Below are positions 1 through 12,150 of a stretch of DNA of 64,000 nucleotides, piece after piece. The translations under genes and the position numbers were made by a program. The notes below the pieces were generated by a model. The model was not told where the DNA came from. It made no database searches and saw nothing but the letters and a program-made list of their open reading frames with translations. Source of the stretch: Macrostomum hystrix (taxonomy: Eukaryota > Animalia > Platyhelminthes); the NCBI GenBank assembly GCA_950097015.1, contig CATNEN010000037.1:1-64000 (forward strand), given 5' to 3'. Every line of letters begins with the position of its first letter. The first letter of the stretch is position 1.

Positions 1-376
1 TCGTCGGGCAAAGATGAAGCGCGAAAACGAGGAGCTGAAGAACGACATGATGGCGACGCGAACGACGACTGGAACCATTGACGACGACGAGACTGCAGTC
101 GATGACGACGATGTTGATGACATCGGAGCCGAGCAGGACGTTGAAGATCTAGACGAGCCGATCAATCTGTCCGTTGATCTGGGACTCCGTCATCGGGCCA
201 GCGGAAAGCGATCGACTGCAGACCGACATGACCAGCCGTCGACTTCTTCATGTTCGTCATCTGGTGGCGATTCTTCCAACATCGAAGACGAAGACGCGGA
301 GGAGGCTGTGGCGGACACTCCGAAGCTGCTTAGCGCCAGCCACATCAAGAAGCGCAAACTGCTGTCCACAGCCTGA
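1..376 (+). CDS. 3' end (partial) of a probable homeobox transcription factor: end of homeodomain helix 3 plus acidic C-terminal tail
   Basis: The frame is open from base 2: (xxT) CGT CGG GCA AAG ATG AAG CGC = (N)RRAKMKR, matching the homeodomain helix-3 end WFQNRRAK-K/R. It is followed by an acidic tail, a PINLS (PxDLS-like) motif and a C-terminal KKRK. The 5' part lies outside the window. Confidence 0.6.
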   Translation, partial: RRAKMKRENEELKNDMMATRTTTGTIDDDETAVDDDDVDDIGAEQDVEDLDEPINLSVDLGLRHRASGKRSTADRHDQPSTSSCSSSGGDSSNIEDEDAEEAVADTPKLLSASHIKKRKLLSTA

Positions 377-726
377 TGATGATGAGGCACAAGTTGGCTT
401 CAATTTACTGGTTTCAATCGAGTAAATAGTAACTCCTTGGATCCCTCTCACTTTCATCACTCTCTCCGCCAGCTTAAATGCGAATCTCATCTAGTTACCG
501 TCTTTATCTTTCCCTATTCGATTAGCTTAATTCGATTTCATTCATGATTTAGTTGCTTATGTCCTATCAGTTAATTTAGGAGGACTTGCACATAATTATA
601 GGATTGTCACATCTAAGCCCTGTACATATTGGTTGAAACATCTTATTTGTTATTGTTTTAACTACGATGTTAATATGTATTATTACAAATTCAATTAGCA
701 GCCAGCTCGATACACGTATCATGCAT

Positions 727-765
727 ACTCACACACACACACACATATATATATACATATATGTA
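727..765. repeat. (CA)n/(TA)n microsatellite
   Basis: actcacacacacacacacatatatatatacatatatatg is visible directly. Confidence 0.85.
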
Positions 766-1369
766 TTCATCTATAATATTGTAACTCGTATGGTATATAA
801 TATCTTTCCTGATTTTTTACAGCCTTTTTCCTGTACAACTAACTATTGGCTTGCTTGTCTGCCTTACAATCAGTTTTACTCTGCTCTATTGTTGTCTGGC
901 TGCCGCAATTAATAATAGATAGATTCCCTGTAATCAAGCTAAAACAAACAAAAATTATTCAAAATTATACAGTTTACTATATCTTATGGTTAACTATTGC
1001 GTGTTTATGAGGCTCTCTACCTCAATGCTAGTTTGATTGCTCTTCAAATATTTTTATTGCGTAAGCTAGTCTCTGATGGACACTTGGGCACCACTATACT
1101 AAAATGAAATTCTTGCTTGCTTGGTTGCTTATTATCTAAAGTTACCGGATGTAAAAGATGACAAATGATGAGACCAATGATTACTATCTAATCTATTGCA
1201 AAATATTCGCTACCAACGCGCAATGATCTTTGACTGCAGCAAAAGTCGCGCTGTCCAGATGACAAATCACTAACGCAAGCCTACACCAGACAGAAAAATA
1301 ATAAGTTAAGTCTGGTCCTACATTACACAGTATTCTTCCTTGTCTCGCGGGATTTCAAAATATTTTTCC

Positions 1370-2200
1370 GAATGTATATTAGGAGACAGTGGACACCGGA
1401 ACGCTGGAACAGCCGCTCTGGGAGTTGCCAAGGTGTTTGAATTCTTCGTCTATGGTGCAAATAATTTACGCGCAGTTTCTGGCCATTGAAGTGTTTGGCA
1501 GCGGGTCTTTCGTTAAGAGTGTCTTGCAGTGGGCGGCATTGGATGTTTTATACCTATAAGGGGGAGGGGAGCAAAAACCTTCTCTTTTTCAATTTTGCCA
1601 CTGGCCATACTTTCAAAAATGCTTTGCCGTTACTTTAATAATAACCGTGTTCTACAGAAAGTGCCACATAGCCTAATACAATTCTTAAATAAAAAAACTG
1701 TTCGAAATCTCCAGGAATGCTGCATGTCCAGCAGCTGCTTGGGACCCAACCACTCAGCCAAATATTCCCTTTGAAATTCTCCCCCACTGCCAACTAATGC
1801 ATTAGTGAACAAAATACTATATAGACAAGTAATTGGCTTCCCACACTGCAGGGTAGGGCAGAGAGAGCCTATATAAAATTGATTGCTAACAGGTCTCTGT
1901 CCTGTCTGTTTCACTCGAATATACAGTATATAATATGTAGGTATGTTTTAGTTGGGGACAAAGCTTACGTCTCGCCAACCACCTCAAGGGGATGACAGCT
2001 TTAACAAGTTGGCCGCCAATAATGCCTGCGGTTTGCCAGCCAAAGAAGCCACCACACACAATTGAGGTGGGACGATGCTGCGCCCAGTGCCAGCAATTGT
2101 GATACTTCATGCAGGGTAGTGGGCATTTTGACGGGCGCACGCAGATACAACAGTCGGTCTATGCACTGCTTTTGTGCCAATAACTAAACGTAAATTCCTG
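1370..2200 (-). pseudogene. Possible degenerate hAT transposase fragments
   Basis: Minus-strand pieces WPETARKLFAP and ERLFQRSG (about 1370-1500) resemble the hAT dimerization motif. CIDRLLYLRAPV (about 2130-2170) resembles the RLL-LR segment after the hAT TRWNS motif. Frameshifts and stops are present. Confidence 0.3.
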
Positions 2201-5055
2201 GTTAAAAACATAGATCTACAGCACCCGGCAACAACCACCCCACGCTAAGTTTCAAAATCTCAGTCAGTCAGTCAGTCAGTCAGTCGATCAGTACGACCCT
2301 TTCCCGCTTCCACTCACCTAGCCAACAACCGCAGTAAAGCAGCCAAACCCCATGCAATCTCTCCACTTTGGGATCCGTAATTACTGTCGATGACAAATGA
2401 CAGCGCCTGCCATCATAGCTGATACTGGTTCGGCTGCAGAGGACTGTCGCTTCCTCAGTCATCAGTAGAGTAGCTGCCTAGTATTGGCCGTTTGGCGCTG
2501 CCAATGCCAAAAGGCAGTTTGAAATCGGAGCCAATTCAGATATATAGATTATCAGATGCGTGTTGCGGCGTAACACTGGAGACAACTAGTTTTTACTGCT
2601 GCACTGCTGCAGAAAATCTGGAAAGGAATTCCAATATGTCTCCGCCCCCCAGACCCGTGATCCGGACCACTTCGCGAAGGCATTCCATTTGCAATTCCGA
2701 GCAGCTGGGTTTGGGAAGTTGCGGCACTTCTAAGGAATTGCTCCGAATACCCTGCCACTACTTATCGGCACCTCCTTTGCCCAATTTCCTTCTTTCCGGT
2801 GCCAAAGCTTACTGCTTTCGGGGGTGGATAATTTTCATCATGAAGCAGCCATAAAAACTCATTCACTTTTGCTTGGCCCCACTTTGTTTTACTGTCTTTG
2901 GTGTCTTGATACCATTTCTGTTTGACAAATCCATTAAACAACGCTGTTCAACTCTTCACTCTCTCTGGACTTCAGAAGCCCATGCATGTATTTCATGCGA
3001 TGTTCTACAACGATAGGATCCAGTAAATTACATGCCGTATGTATACGAATTCAGCATAGGAAGCAGTACATGCATAATTGCATAGGTATGTAGTGCCAAA
3101 ATAGTTAACGAAGAAATAATTGGCTCATCTTCTAATTCTTTATTATCACAATTGCTGCAGTAAAAACGAGTCCGCGCCTAAAAGACATAGGAGTGCATGG
3201 ATCAAAAGAAAAGTATAAAAAAAACTAGTTTATTTAGGCATTCATACAAAGCTCTGCTCTGCTAAAAAGATATGTTCGAGACAACAAATTTGCAGGTAAA
3301 AATATACCGTTTTCTAAAGCTTTTCACTGTTATGTAAAATTTTACGCATGTAATCGTCTGTATCGTCGATCGTCAGTAGAGCTCTTTTGAGAGCTAGTTT
3401 TTTTAGAATGCACGCCTATTCGATGCCATATTTTATAGCGGTAATGCAATGTAATCCATGAACACACTCGATAAATAATTTACGGTAGAACTGACGATAA
3501 TTTTTCGAAAATGTAAGCTTATGTTTCGACGAAATTTCTACAGATAATGACTACTATATACCGACTCAAAATCGTCACAGTATCTTTTGGCGCTAGTTCT
3601 GATCATTTAATTAAAAACCATCGGACGAAATCGATTTCATACAAGCTCGTTGAAAAATCAAACCATCAGCACCGCGCGGTGCTTTAATGATTCAATCGAT
3701 AAAACAAAAACCTAGTTTTATTAACTGCAAATAGCATTTTCTTAACGGTTGTATGTAGTTTATTTATTTAAAAATAATTTTAAAACTGATGCTGAGTAAA
3801 ACGAACAATGTACACGATATTTACAATTTTAGCTAACAACTAAAAAAGTTTAATCTGCCGTTCAGTGATCATTTTATTTGCATAAACTGATAAACTTTAA
3901 GATGCGTAATTTAGAGAACAAAGATGCCAGCTAGTCAGCCCAAGTCTCATACGTTCGTAAAAAACGAGATAAGGAAGTCAAGGCGGTCGCGGACTCGGGT
4001 TTGAGTCCGATGGCCTGCAAATTAGCAAATATGAATAATTAGGGCAAAAATATTTTGCTTAATTTGTCATGATTTATCGTTTTTAACTCTTTGTACTAAA
4101 TCTTTCGGACGCTTTTAAAACATACAACATAACTGTGCATTGCCATCAATCAAAACACGCAAAAATGCTATGTATTCTGAATTTAGCGACTATTTAACAT
4201 ATTAAGTCTTAGTATATAGAGTGCAGTTACTTTACAACTAAATGCTAAACAATCCCTGCAAACTTAAGAGTATAAACTTAGGGAAGGAAATTTTGAAAGA
4301 TAGAAACTTTAGAGTTATTTAAAGCAAATGAAATGACGAATGTAAAAATAGTATAACATAAAAATATACAAACTTTTGAAGGACAATGGAAGTCAAAAAG
4401 AGTATAAATGAATATATTTTTGTCTGCTAATATGTTAGATGTTATTGGTGATTTTGATTTTGATTTAGTTTACAAATACTCAACTAATTTGGCATTTGAG
4501 CATAGATATGTAAATCCTTAAACTGCAGCTCAAATGCAAGGGCTAAGATTTAGTAAGTTCTAGTTGTTATTGGTCATTGCTAAAGAGTTAGGACTTTTCA
4601 ATTTAAGATTTTTGGATCTTTGATGAGATGCTAGATGTTTCTTTGTGAATGGATAATGCTTTAAGAAATTGTAATAAATGTTTAAGAAATTTAAGGTTAT
4701 TTTAATAAAAACATATATATATTTAAGTAAGAAAACATTTATACATAGAAAGTTATTGCATTTCTATTTGGAATTTCTCCACATACTTTGAAATGCTTGT
4801 TCAAAAATCTGCATAAATGCTTTTTGTTGACTTAACATATATTTTCTTCAGATTTATTGCAATTAAGATTAGAAACCTATCTTTGCCTTTTTGGATTCTT
4901 TCTAAATAGCAAAAATGTAGCTTTTCGATTTGCAAAATATAAATAACAGGTCTACCTTTAGTTGCAATGTATGTATCTTACTACTAAAAGTAGACAAATG
5001 AATCAAAGTTGTTTCTGAAGTATGTTTTAGCCATTGAAATTTCAGCCCAGCAGTC

Positions 5056-7568
5056 ATGGCCGAGAAGAAGGAAGGCAAGGAACCAAAGAATGCTGTCCAC
5101 CAGAACGCCATCATGGTTGAAACCATCAAGAAGGAGAATTTTCACCAGAAGCTCTACACCAGCTATGGTGTCAATCCGTTTAGAAAGAGTAAGAAGCTAC
5201 ACATAGTTTTATTTCTGAACTACGGGATAACGTTATACTTAATAATTGTCACTATATTTGGACCTTAATTCTGAGGGCTAAATTTGGAAATCACACAAAT
5301 CAACAAAAATGGACCAGAAATGATTTGCTCCTCTAATTTTCTCGAGTTTTTCTATTTCATTTAATTTTTAGTTCACACTCTGACACCGAAGCCAAACGCT
5401 CCGCCGGAGGATCTGTCAAGCATTACCGAGGAAGACAGTGAGTTAAACCCTGTGTTTAAGGATCTAATTCAATTGCTGCACTCGTAATGTCTTAAAAGTG
5501 CAGATTTGGGTTTGACTGCCCCTGCCTATTTCTAGGCCATTTTGTTGGCGTCATCGAGCGAGCCCATCTGGAGCCGACAAAAAAGTACACAGTGCCGCAG
5601 ACGGAATCGCAAGAGATCGGATGGATCACCAAGCCTTTGGTCAGTGAAGCCTTTGGTGATTGATCTTGATAAACGTTCGATGAAATATCATAGCGCGAGC
5701 TAGAAGTAGAGTGCCAGAGGAGGTATTAGTGCCAGAGGAGGTATTAGAGTGCCAGAGGAGGTATTGGTGCCAGAGGAGGTATTAGAGTGCCAGAGGAGGT
5801 ATTAGAGTGCCAGAGGAGGTATTAGAGTGCCAGAGGAGGTATTAGAGTGCCAGAGGAGGTATTAGAGTGCCAGAGGAGGTATTAGAGTGCCAGAGGAGGT
5901 ATTATAGTGCCAGAGGAGGTATTATAGTGCCAGAGGAGGTATTAGAGTGCCAGAGGAGGTATTAGAGTGCCAGAGGAGGTATTATAGTGCCAGAGGAGGT
6001 ATTAGAGTGCCAGAGGAGGTTTATAGTGCCAGAGGAGGTATTATAGTGCCAGAGGAGGTATTAGAGTGCCAGAGGAGGTATTAGAGTGCCAGAGGAGGTA
6101 TTAGTGCCAGAGGAAGTGTTGTACTCGCGACTTCCCGGAGGGGTGCCCCTAGGAGGGTCAGAGTACGCGGGCCCGTGCTGGCCTGCGTCAGGGCGCGAGT
6201 GTCCGCACGGGACCCTAAGTCTGGGGCGTCAGGACGCACCCAAGTGGCCGGCACACGCGTCGGGACGCTGTGATGTCGATCACCCTTCAGCGGGGCGTCA
6301 GGGCGCACGAGCTGGCGTCTGAGTACAGCGGGCGTACAGTACAGGGTGACCCCTGGCTGGCTACCTGGTCTAGTCCCCCTCCTTAGTCGGCGTCAGGACA
6401 CACGGACGGTCCCCACTACAGCCCCCGAAATGAAGGAGACAAGGCAGCGACTTACTTCTGGTTCACTCGCACTCGTGCGTGTAGTCAACTTCGTGCAGCG
6501 GACTTCTGATGGCGGCTGGCAGACCGGGTGGTCGATATTTATTAGTTATTATTTGTGCGTGGGGGACGGGTTAAGGAAACAGTGGTCAGGCGTTGTAGAG
6601 CGTGAACACGCGCACGGGGCAGCCACCCGCCCCCGGCCGCGCCTTTATAGGACACGGCTCACCAAGGGCCGGGGCCCCCTCCCCCGCCCCACCCCCACCC
6701 ACCACCCCGGCCCAGCTACCCACCGGCCAATCACGGCGCAGCTGGGGGAGGGGCAGCCTGGGGCGAGGACCAAAAATGGCGGCCCAGCCAACCACCGCGC
6801 AGCCAAAACAATGGCGGCTAAGCGGCGTACACCGCTGAGCCTTTACCGCCAAAACAACAATGCCAAAAACAACTGCGAGTGCACTTGTTGCGCAGGGGGG
6901 GCGAGTGCACTTGAGCAGTGCAAGCGCACGTGCACAACAGAAGTATTAGTGCCAGAGGAGGTATTAGAGTGCCAGAGGAGGTATTAGAGTGCCAGAGGAG
7001 GTATTAGTGCCAGAGGAGGTATTAGTGCCAGAGGAGGTATTAGAGTGCCAGAGGAGGTATCAGAGTGCCAGAGGAGGTATTAGAGTGCCGGAGGAGGTAT
7101 TAGAGTGCCGGAGGAGGTATTAGAGTGCCAGAGGAGGTATTAGAGTGCCAGAGGAGGTATTAAAGTGCCAGAGGAGGTATTAGAGTGCCAGAGGAGGTAT
7201 TAGAGTGCCAGAGGAGGTATTATAGTGCCAGAGGAGGTATTAGTGCCAGAGGAGGTATTAGTGCCAGAGGAGGTATTAGAGTGCCAAAGGAGGTATAAGA
7301 GTGCCAGAGGATGACATTGGAGTGTCAGAGGGGGTAGTGGAGTGCCAGATAGTCAATGGATTGCCTATCTGGGTTATCAGTTTTTCAAATAATGAAGTTG
7401 CTTTCTTTATCTCTGTATTTATCACTTTCATTGTCACTTCAGCTAGAAACCAACAAAGCCGACAGTAGGCTCTACTTCCCGAAGAACACCTGCGAAATCA
7501 CCAAATACATGGACGCATATTGGCGGTTCAAAGGCGCGGACGGCAAGACCGAGGCCAAGAAGGCATAA
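5056..7568 (+). CDS. CFAP144: FAM183/CFAP144 ciliary microtubule inner protein, 142 aa, 4 exons
   Basis: Exons 5056-5188, 5372-5437, 5536-5639 and 7443-7568 are all GT-AG and phase-consistent (429 nt). The spliced protein has VHQNAIMVETIKKE, YGVNPFRKIHTLTPKP, EPTKKYTVPQTESQEIGW and EITKYMDAYW, typical of the FAM183 family. Confidence 0.88.
5708..7350 (+). repeat. 20-bp minisatellite (agagtgccagaggaggtatt, with 18-bp variants) filling CFAP144 intron 3, split by a solo LTR
   Basis: Tandem copies at 5708-6116 and 6940-7350 with near-identical units and no unique spacers. Confidence 0.95.
6117..6939 (-). mobile_element. Solo LTR (823 bp), probably Ty3/Gypsy-type
   Basis: Ends are TGTTGT...ACAACA, flanked by the 4-bp direct repeat GAAG (6113-6116 and 6940-6943). 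Removing the element and one GAAG restores a repeat unit. On the minus strand CCAAT/GC boxes precede TATAAA (6649-6644), which precedes AATAAA (6543-6538). No internal gag/pol. Confidence 0.8.
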
Positions 7569-9390
7569 TCTCTTTAAATGGCGGCCAGTTAAGTGTTTCC
7601 CATAGCAACGGAATAATAGTTGAACTTACTTTCTCTTCATTTTTTGTCAATTCCTCTCGGATGTGTTATTATTCGTGTAACTATTTATTTTTGCATGCGC
7701 TTAAAATCTATACCGTATTTGCTTGTTGAATACGTCAGTTTTTTAGCCACAAGCCAAATTTTGGTAAGAAGTTATTCTGCTGTCTCAAAGTAAGTTTATT
7801 TTGTTTAACTGCTTCTTCTTAAAAAATCGAAGAAAAACTGATAGGAGTGAATTTTTCTTACTAAGCTTCATAGCGACGCAAATATATGAATATATTCTTT
7901 AATTTCTCACATACAAACTAATGAAAATGTACGTAGTTAAAGAAGACATGTTGAATGTTGAGTTTTATTCTTTTCCTGACGCTTTTCCTTAAAAAGAAGT
8001 CCCAATGAAAGAGAAAAAAAATCGGAGAAAATTATAGAAATATTAGTAATGTGTAAAGATTTGATGACATGAAAGAAATATTTTTTAACTGCTTTAATTG
8101 ACACTTGACACTAAATTCAGTAGAGTGCTTCCGCTCAGCTGCAAACATGCACTGGGAGGAAAATGGGGTGGGTTTGGCGGCCTTCCCAGTCCACCGACTG
8201 AACGGCTGTGCAAAATCGTTGGGAAGCTACGAAGCTATATATGCCACTTGGTGGTACATCTACTGTATATGGTCCAATTGGGCAAAGTTTATCGGCCATG
8301 AATTCGTGCATCACCTTCATTGTTCGTGAAGAGTTTTGCGTGTTGATCAGACACACGAAACTCCCACTTCTAGACAATGGGCAATGGGGAACAATTGCCT
8401 AGGAATTTATAACAGTCACGTGACACTTACTGCAATTGCTTCTTGTTCCTTGAGTAGTTTGTAGTCTTCTGGTCTTCGAAAGCCGGCGGTTCTTATTCTC
8501 CTAGTACTGATCGACCGTGAAGTATCGATTCTGTTGCTTCTTGAGTCTTTGTAGTCTTGTCTTCTTTGTCTTCTTGGCAGCTGCTTGAGTTTGTCTGTTG
8601 GCCAATAAATGACGAGGAGCGAATCAGACTACTTGTCGGTTTCCTCGAGCTCGGAATTCACAATAGAAACGTGCGCCCTAGTGAACAATTGAAATCTCTC
8701 TTGTAAAGATTCTCTAATAGGTCATCCTGAAGGGCGTCTTCTTCGTTACCTCCGAAAGATAACGGATAACTCAAATCAAATCAATCAATAATCCTCTAGG
8801 AATGTATCCTAGGAAACAAGGAGGCCTTTCTCAAATGTATCGACTATATGTGGCTCTCGTAAACTCAGTTCAATTCAACAACGATTGCTAGCAATAAATA
8901 ACTGTCTAGTAAAGCGCTTACCACTTGTCTTTCCCTCAGAGATGAGTCCTCTTCTTCGTAAGGTGTTTTGAAGTCCGGTGGACCGCTTCGAGTCTGAATT
9001 TTCAGCTCAGATTTTCGCTTGAATTTATAGTAAAATTTTGGGGAAAAACCGGTTCTACTACCGGGTGTTTACTTAGGCCACACATATTTGTTTAGTGAGT
9101 CATGATTGTGAGTTTTACCATATTTGGAATATTGTGTAAATACAGATACAGAAACCGATGAGTCATAATTGTTTGTCTTACCATATTTGGAATTCAAGCA
9201 AATCCAGCTGTCGAGAACCAGTTCTCCGGTTTCATGTCACATGACTTGTTTCTAAAAATAGCGCATGACTCATTCCTAAAAATAGATTAAACGTTATGGC
9301 TGAGGTTTCCTTGTGGCATTACTTTAAGTAGCGCGTTAAGTAAAAGCATATTTTACAACTCTCTACATTCGGGTTGTAGCCTATAGAGAA

Positions 9391-9635
9391 GGGTTGTAGC
9401 CTAGAGGTTAGAGCGTCCGATTCACGACTTGAAGGTCAGGGGTTCGATTCTCGGCTCCAACGGAACAATTTGTATCCTAATTTAGCACGACTCTTAGCCA
9501 TGCATTTGCTTTAGTTCACCCAGCTGTTAAACGGATACCAGCATTTGCTGGTATTTGATGGACTGAACAGCCGTACGCAGCCTTCAGATGCGCCGCGCAA
9601 TAGCTGCGGCTGTGCTGTCGGCTGCAAATCTGATC
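9391..9635 (+). mobile_element. tRNA-derived CORE-type SINE (family A), copy 1
   Basis: A-box-like tagcctagagg, B-box GGTTCGATTC (9441-9450) and CORE-like segment gttcacccagctgttaaacggatacc. It matches the reverse complement of 11420-11680. Confidence 0.75.
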
Positions 9636-11419
9636 TTATTATAGGGCAGGTGCTATCCATTACAATTAATAATAGCATATATTATAATGTTCGTGCATGT
9701 TTTAGCTTGCTTATCCAACCAAATGAAAATAAAGAAAAGCAGCTAAGTCTAATTTTGTAGCTTATTAAAAAATCTGCGGAAGTCGAGTTTTCTGCCCTTT
9801 TACAGCTCCAATTTATTTTGTTCTGAAGTGTCGCAACAAGCGTTTCCTGTTAGGCTGCCGCTGTTCTCGGAAGTGTTGGTAGTTGATAGCGTAACATTAC
9901 TGCTTCACTTCTATTTTCGCTCCTGCAAGCTTCTTCTCCTGCCCAAGAAGAAGCTTACTTCTCAAAATAAAAATCGAAATTAAAAAAGTCGAATTTTAAT
10001 TATAACTTTCCTTTGCTACGTATATGGGTTAAAGGAAAGTTAATTGAAGAGAATATTGGCGAGAATAGTAAAAAGTAATAATCCACTGCAACGTCTTTGA
10101 TTCTCGCCTTTTTACATCTTGGTCATTGATTTGTCTGTTTTAATATAAATACCTGTTCCAAGGACCACTACAAGGTAGACTTCTATTGTTCCTTGATCTG
10201 AACAGCCATAAATAAAAAACTTGTAATGGCTTCGATTTTAGCATTTGAAATTTTAATAAAATCCAGAAATAATTCTACGTAGACTCTAAAGTAGTGCAGT
10301 TTTTAAGAGCTATGTGAAAGATCAGATTTGTTTTTTTTAACTTATCTTTCTTGGAAACACTTGACACCCATGACATCCTAGGCCTACTACAGCTAGGGCG
10401 ATATGTATCTACTGTATGTCATTTGTCATTGTACTTAAACGTTAAATGTACATGGCAGATTCAAGATAGCTTGACATAGAAAGAATAATTTCTCCGTCCT
10501 ACAACAGCCCCATAATACTAAGATGATAGAAAATGTGAACCATGCTGTCATATGCTGTCCCATTTTCCATGGTCCCATAATAAAAAACTTGCATTGGCAT
10601 AAGCCTATAGGCCTAAAGTATAAGTATTGTGCTGTGAATCACGAAGTTTACCCACAAAAAGGTCTTACAAAAACATTTAGAGAAATAGGCCTATTCACCA
10701 GTTTTTATAAAAATTCAGAAAGTGGCAATTAAAAAAGATATGATTTTAAAATAAGTTTGTTAGATTTTTAGATTAGCTATTTAATGAAATTAATTAATGT
10801 TCATCTTCATAACTTACAAAATCTGGACTCTGGACTAGTACTAGCTTAGCTTATAGTTATAGCTAGGCCTACTTTTTTAAATTTTGAGTTACCCTTTATA
10901 AATATTTTATGCTAATCTTTTGAATTGAGCTCACGCTTTTGGTAGCTTATTAATTTTTTTAAACTAAGGAAGAGCATTGTTTTAATTTATTTAATTTTCA
11001 ACATGTTTTGCCTTTGCTTAAGGCATCATCAGGAACAGTTTATGTGGTGAAAGTTGACATAGACAGTAAATAAATAGGGTTGAGTAAGATTCACTAAGTC
11101 AATGTAAATAGGTATGGGGTCATTTGAATTGCACAAAAATGCACACAAGGGTGAATAGATCAAAGGTTACGTAATAGAGGGAGTAAAGAGAGAGAGAAAA
11201 GAGTGAGTGAGAGTGAGGTAGTACTAATGGCAATGCATGCCTGAGTTTTTTGGGCATATGCACATGAGAAGTTAACTAATCTCCCTCAACAATTAAAAAA
11301 ATCATAGTTGAGCAAAAAAATACTTTTTTAATTAAAGAGAAAAATTTGGCACTGATAGGCCTACTATTTGCATTTATATAATAGTTAATAATAATAATAA
11401 TTGATTACACCTGCCCCAA

Positions 11420-11680
11420 TTGGGTCAGATGTGCAGCCGACAGCACAGCCGCAGCTAATGCGCGGCGCATCTGAAGGCTGCGTACAGCTGTTCAGTCCAT
11501 GGACTGGGGGGATGCCACACCCACCTTCAATTATCCCAGCTGATGCTGGTACCCATTTAACAGCTGGGTGAACTGAAGCAATGCAGACTTAAGTGTCTTG
11601 CTAAAGGACACAAATTGTTCCAGTGGAGTCGGGAATCGAACCCCCGACCTTCAAGTCGTGAGTCTGACGCCTCACTATAT
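11420..11680 (-). mobile_element. tRNA-derived CORE-type SINE (family A), copy 2
   Basis: The minus strand reads B-box GGTTCGATTCCC, then tgtgtcctttagcaagacacttaa...gttcacccagctgttaaatgggtacc (CORE-SINE signature). The 3' part is nearly identical to copy 1. Confidence 0.78.
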
Positions 11681-12150
11681 ATATATTATATTATATATAT
11701 GCATATAAATAGTATCTAATAGCTCTTTATTTCATATATCATAATAAAGTGATTCAAAGAACTTAAGCTTCTTAAGCTTAAGGTTTATGATATTTTAGTT
11801 AAGTAATTGCTATGATAGTAGTAGAAAATAATACTCATGATTCTACTTATTTCCAAAGTTTTTTATAAGAATAATAACATTTGTAGTTTGTATTTGGTTA
11901 AAATCAACATTTTTATGCACCTAAGTTATTAATTGCTTATTTGCTTACTTTATTAATATACTTCTCATATACCATATGTATATATACTATAATAAATATG
12001 TTTATAACATTTAGCTATTGTCAAACATTATATAATTCAATAGGCCTATATAAACATTGTTTGTAAATTTCTTTGAAGATTTTGTTGATTCAATCAATTA
12101 TCAGTACTTTCTGTCAGTGAATTTACCAAAATAATGATTAGATTTTTCAG

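Noticed and set aside
3167-3997. 10-bp inverted repeat (cgagtccgcg / cgcggactcg) as MITE ends
   Set aside because: It is too short, does not extend, and has no TSD.
6086-6987. ORFs of 75-213 aa in the GC-rich insert
   Set aside because: They fall in the solo LTR, show no recognisable domains, and are explained by high GC content.
8414-9246. 11/12-bp inverted match (agtcacgtgaca) with an internal 38-bp direct repeat, as a transposon or LTR
   Set aside because: No TSD, no TG...CA ends and no coding remnant recognised. It may still be an old repeat but cannot be supported.
9391-9460. tRNA gene calls for the SINE heads (also 11630-11680, 20240-20290, 30740-30810)
   Set aside because: They have A/B boxes but no closed cloverleaf or acceptor stem and continue into repeat bodies.
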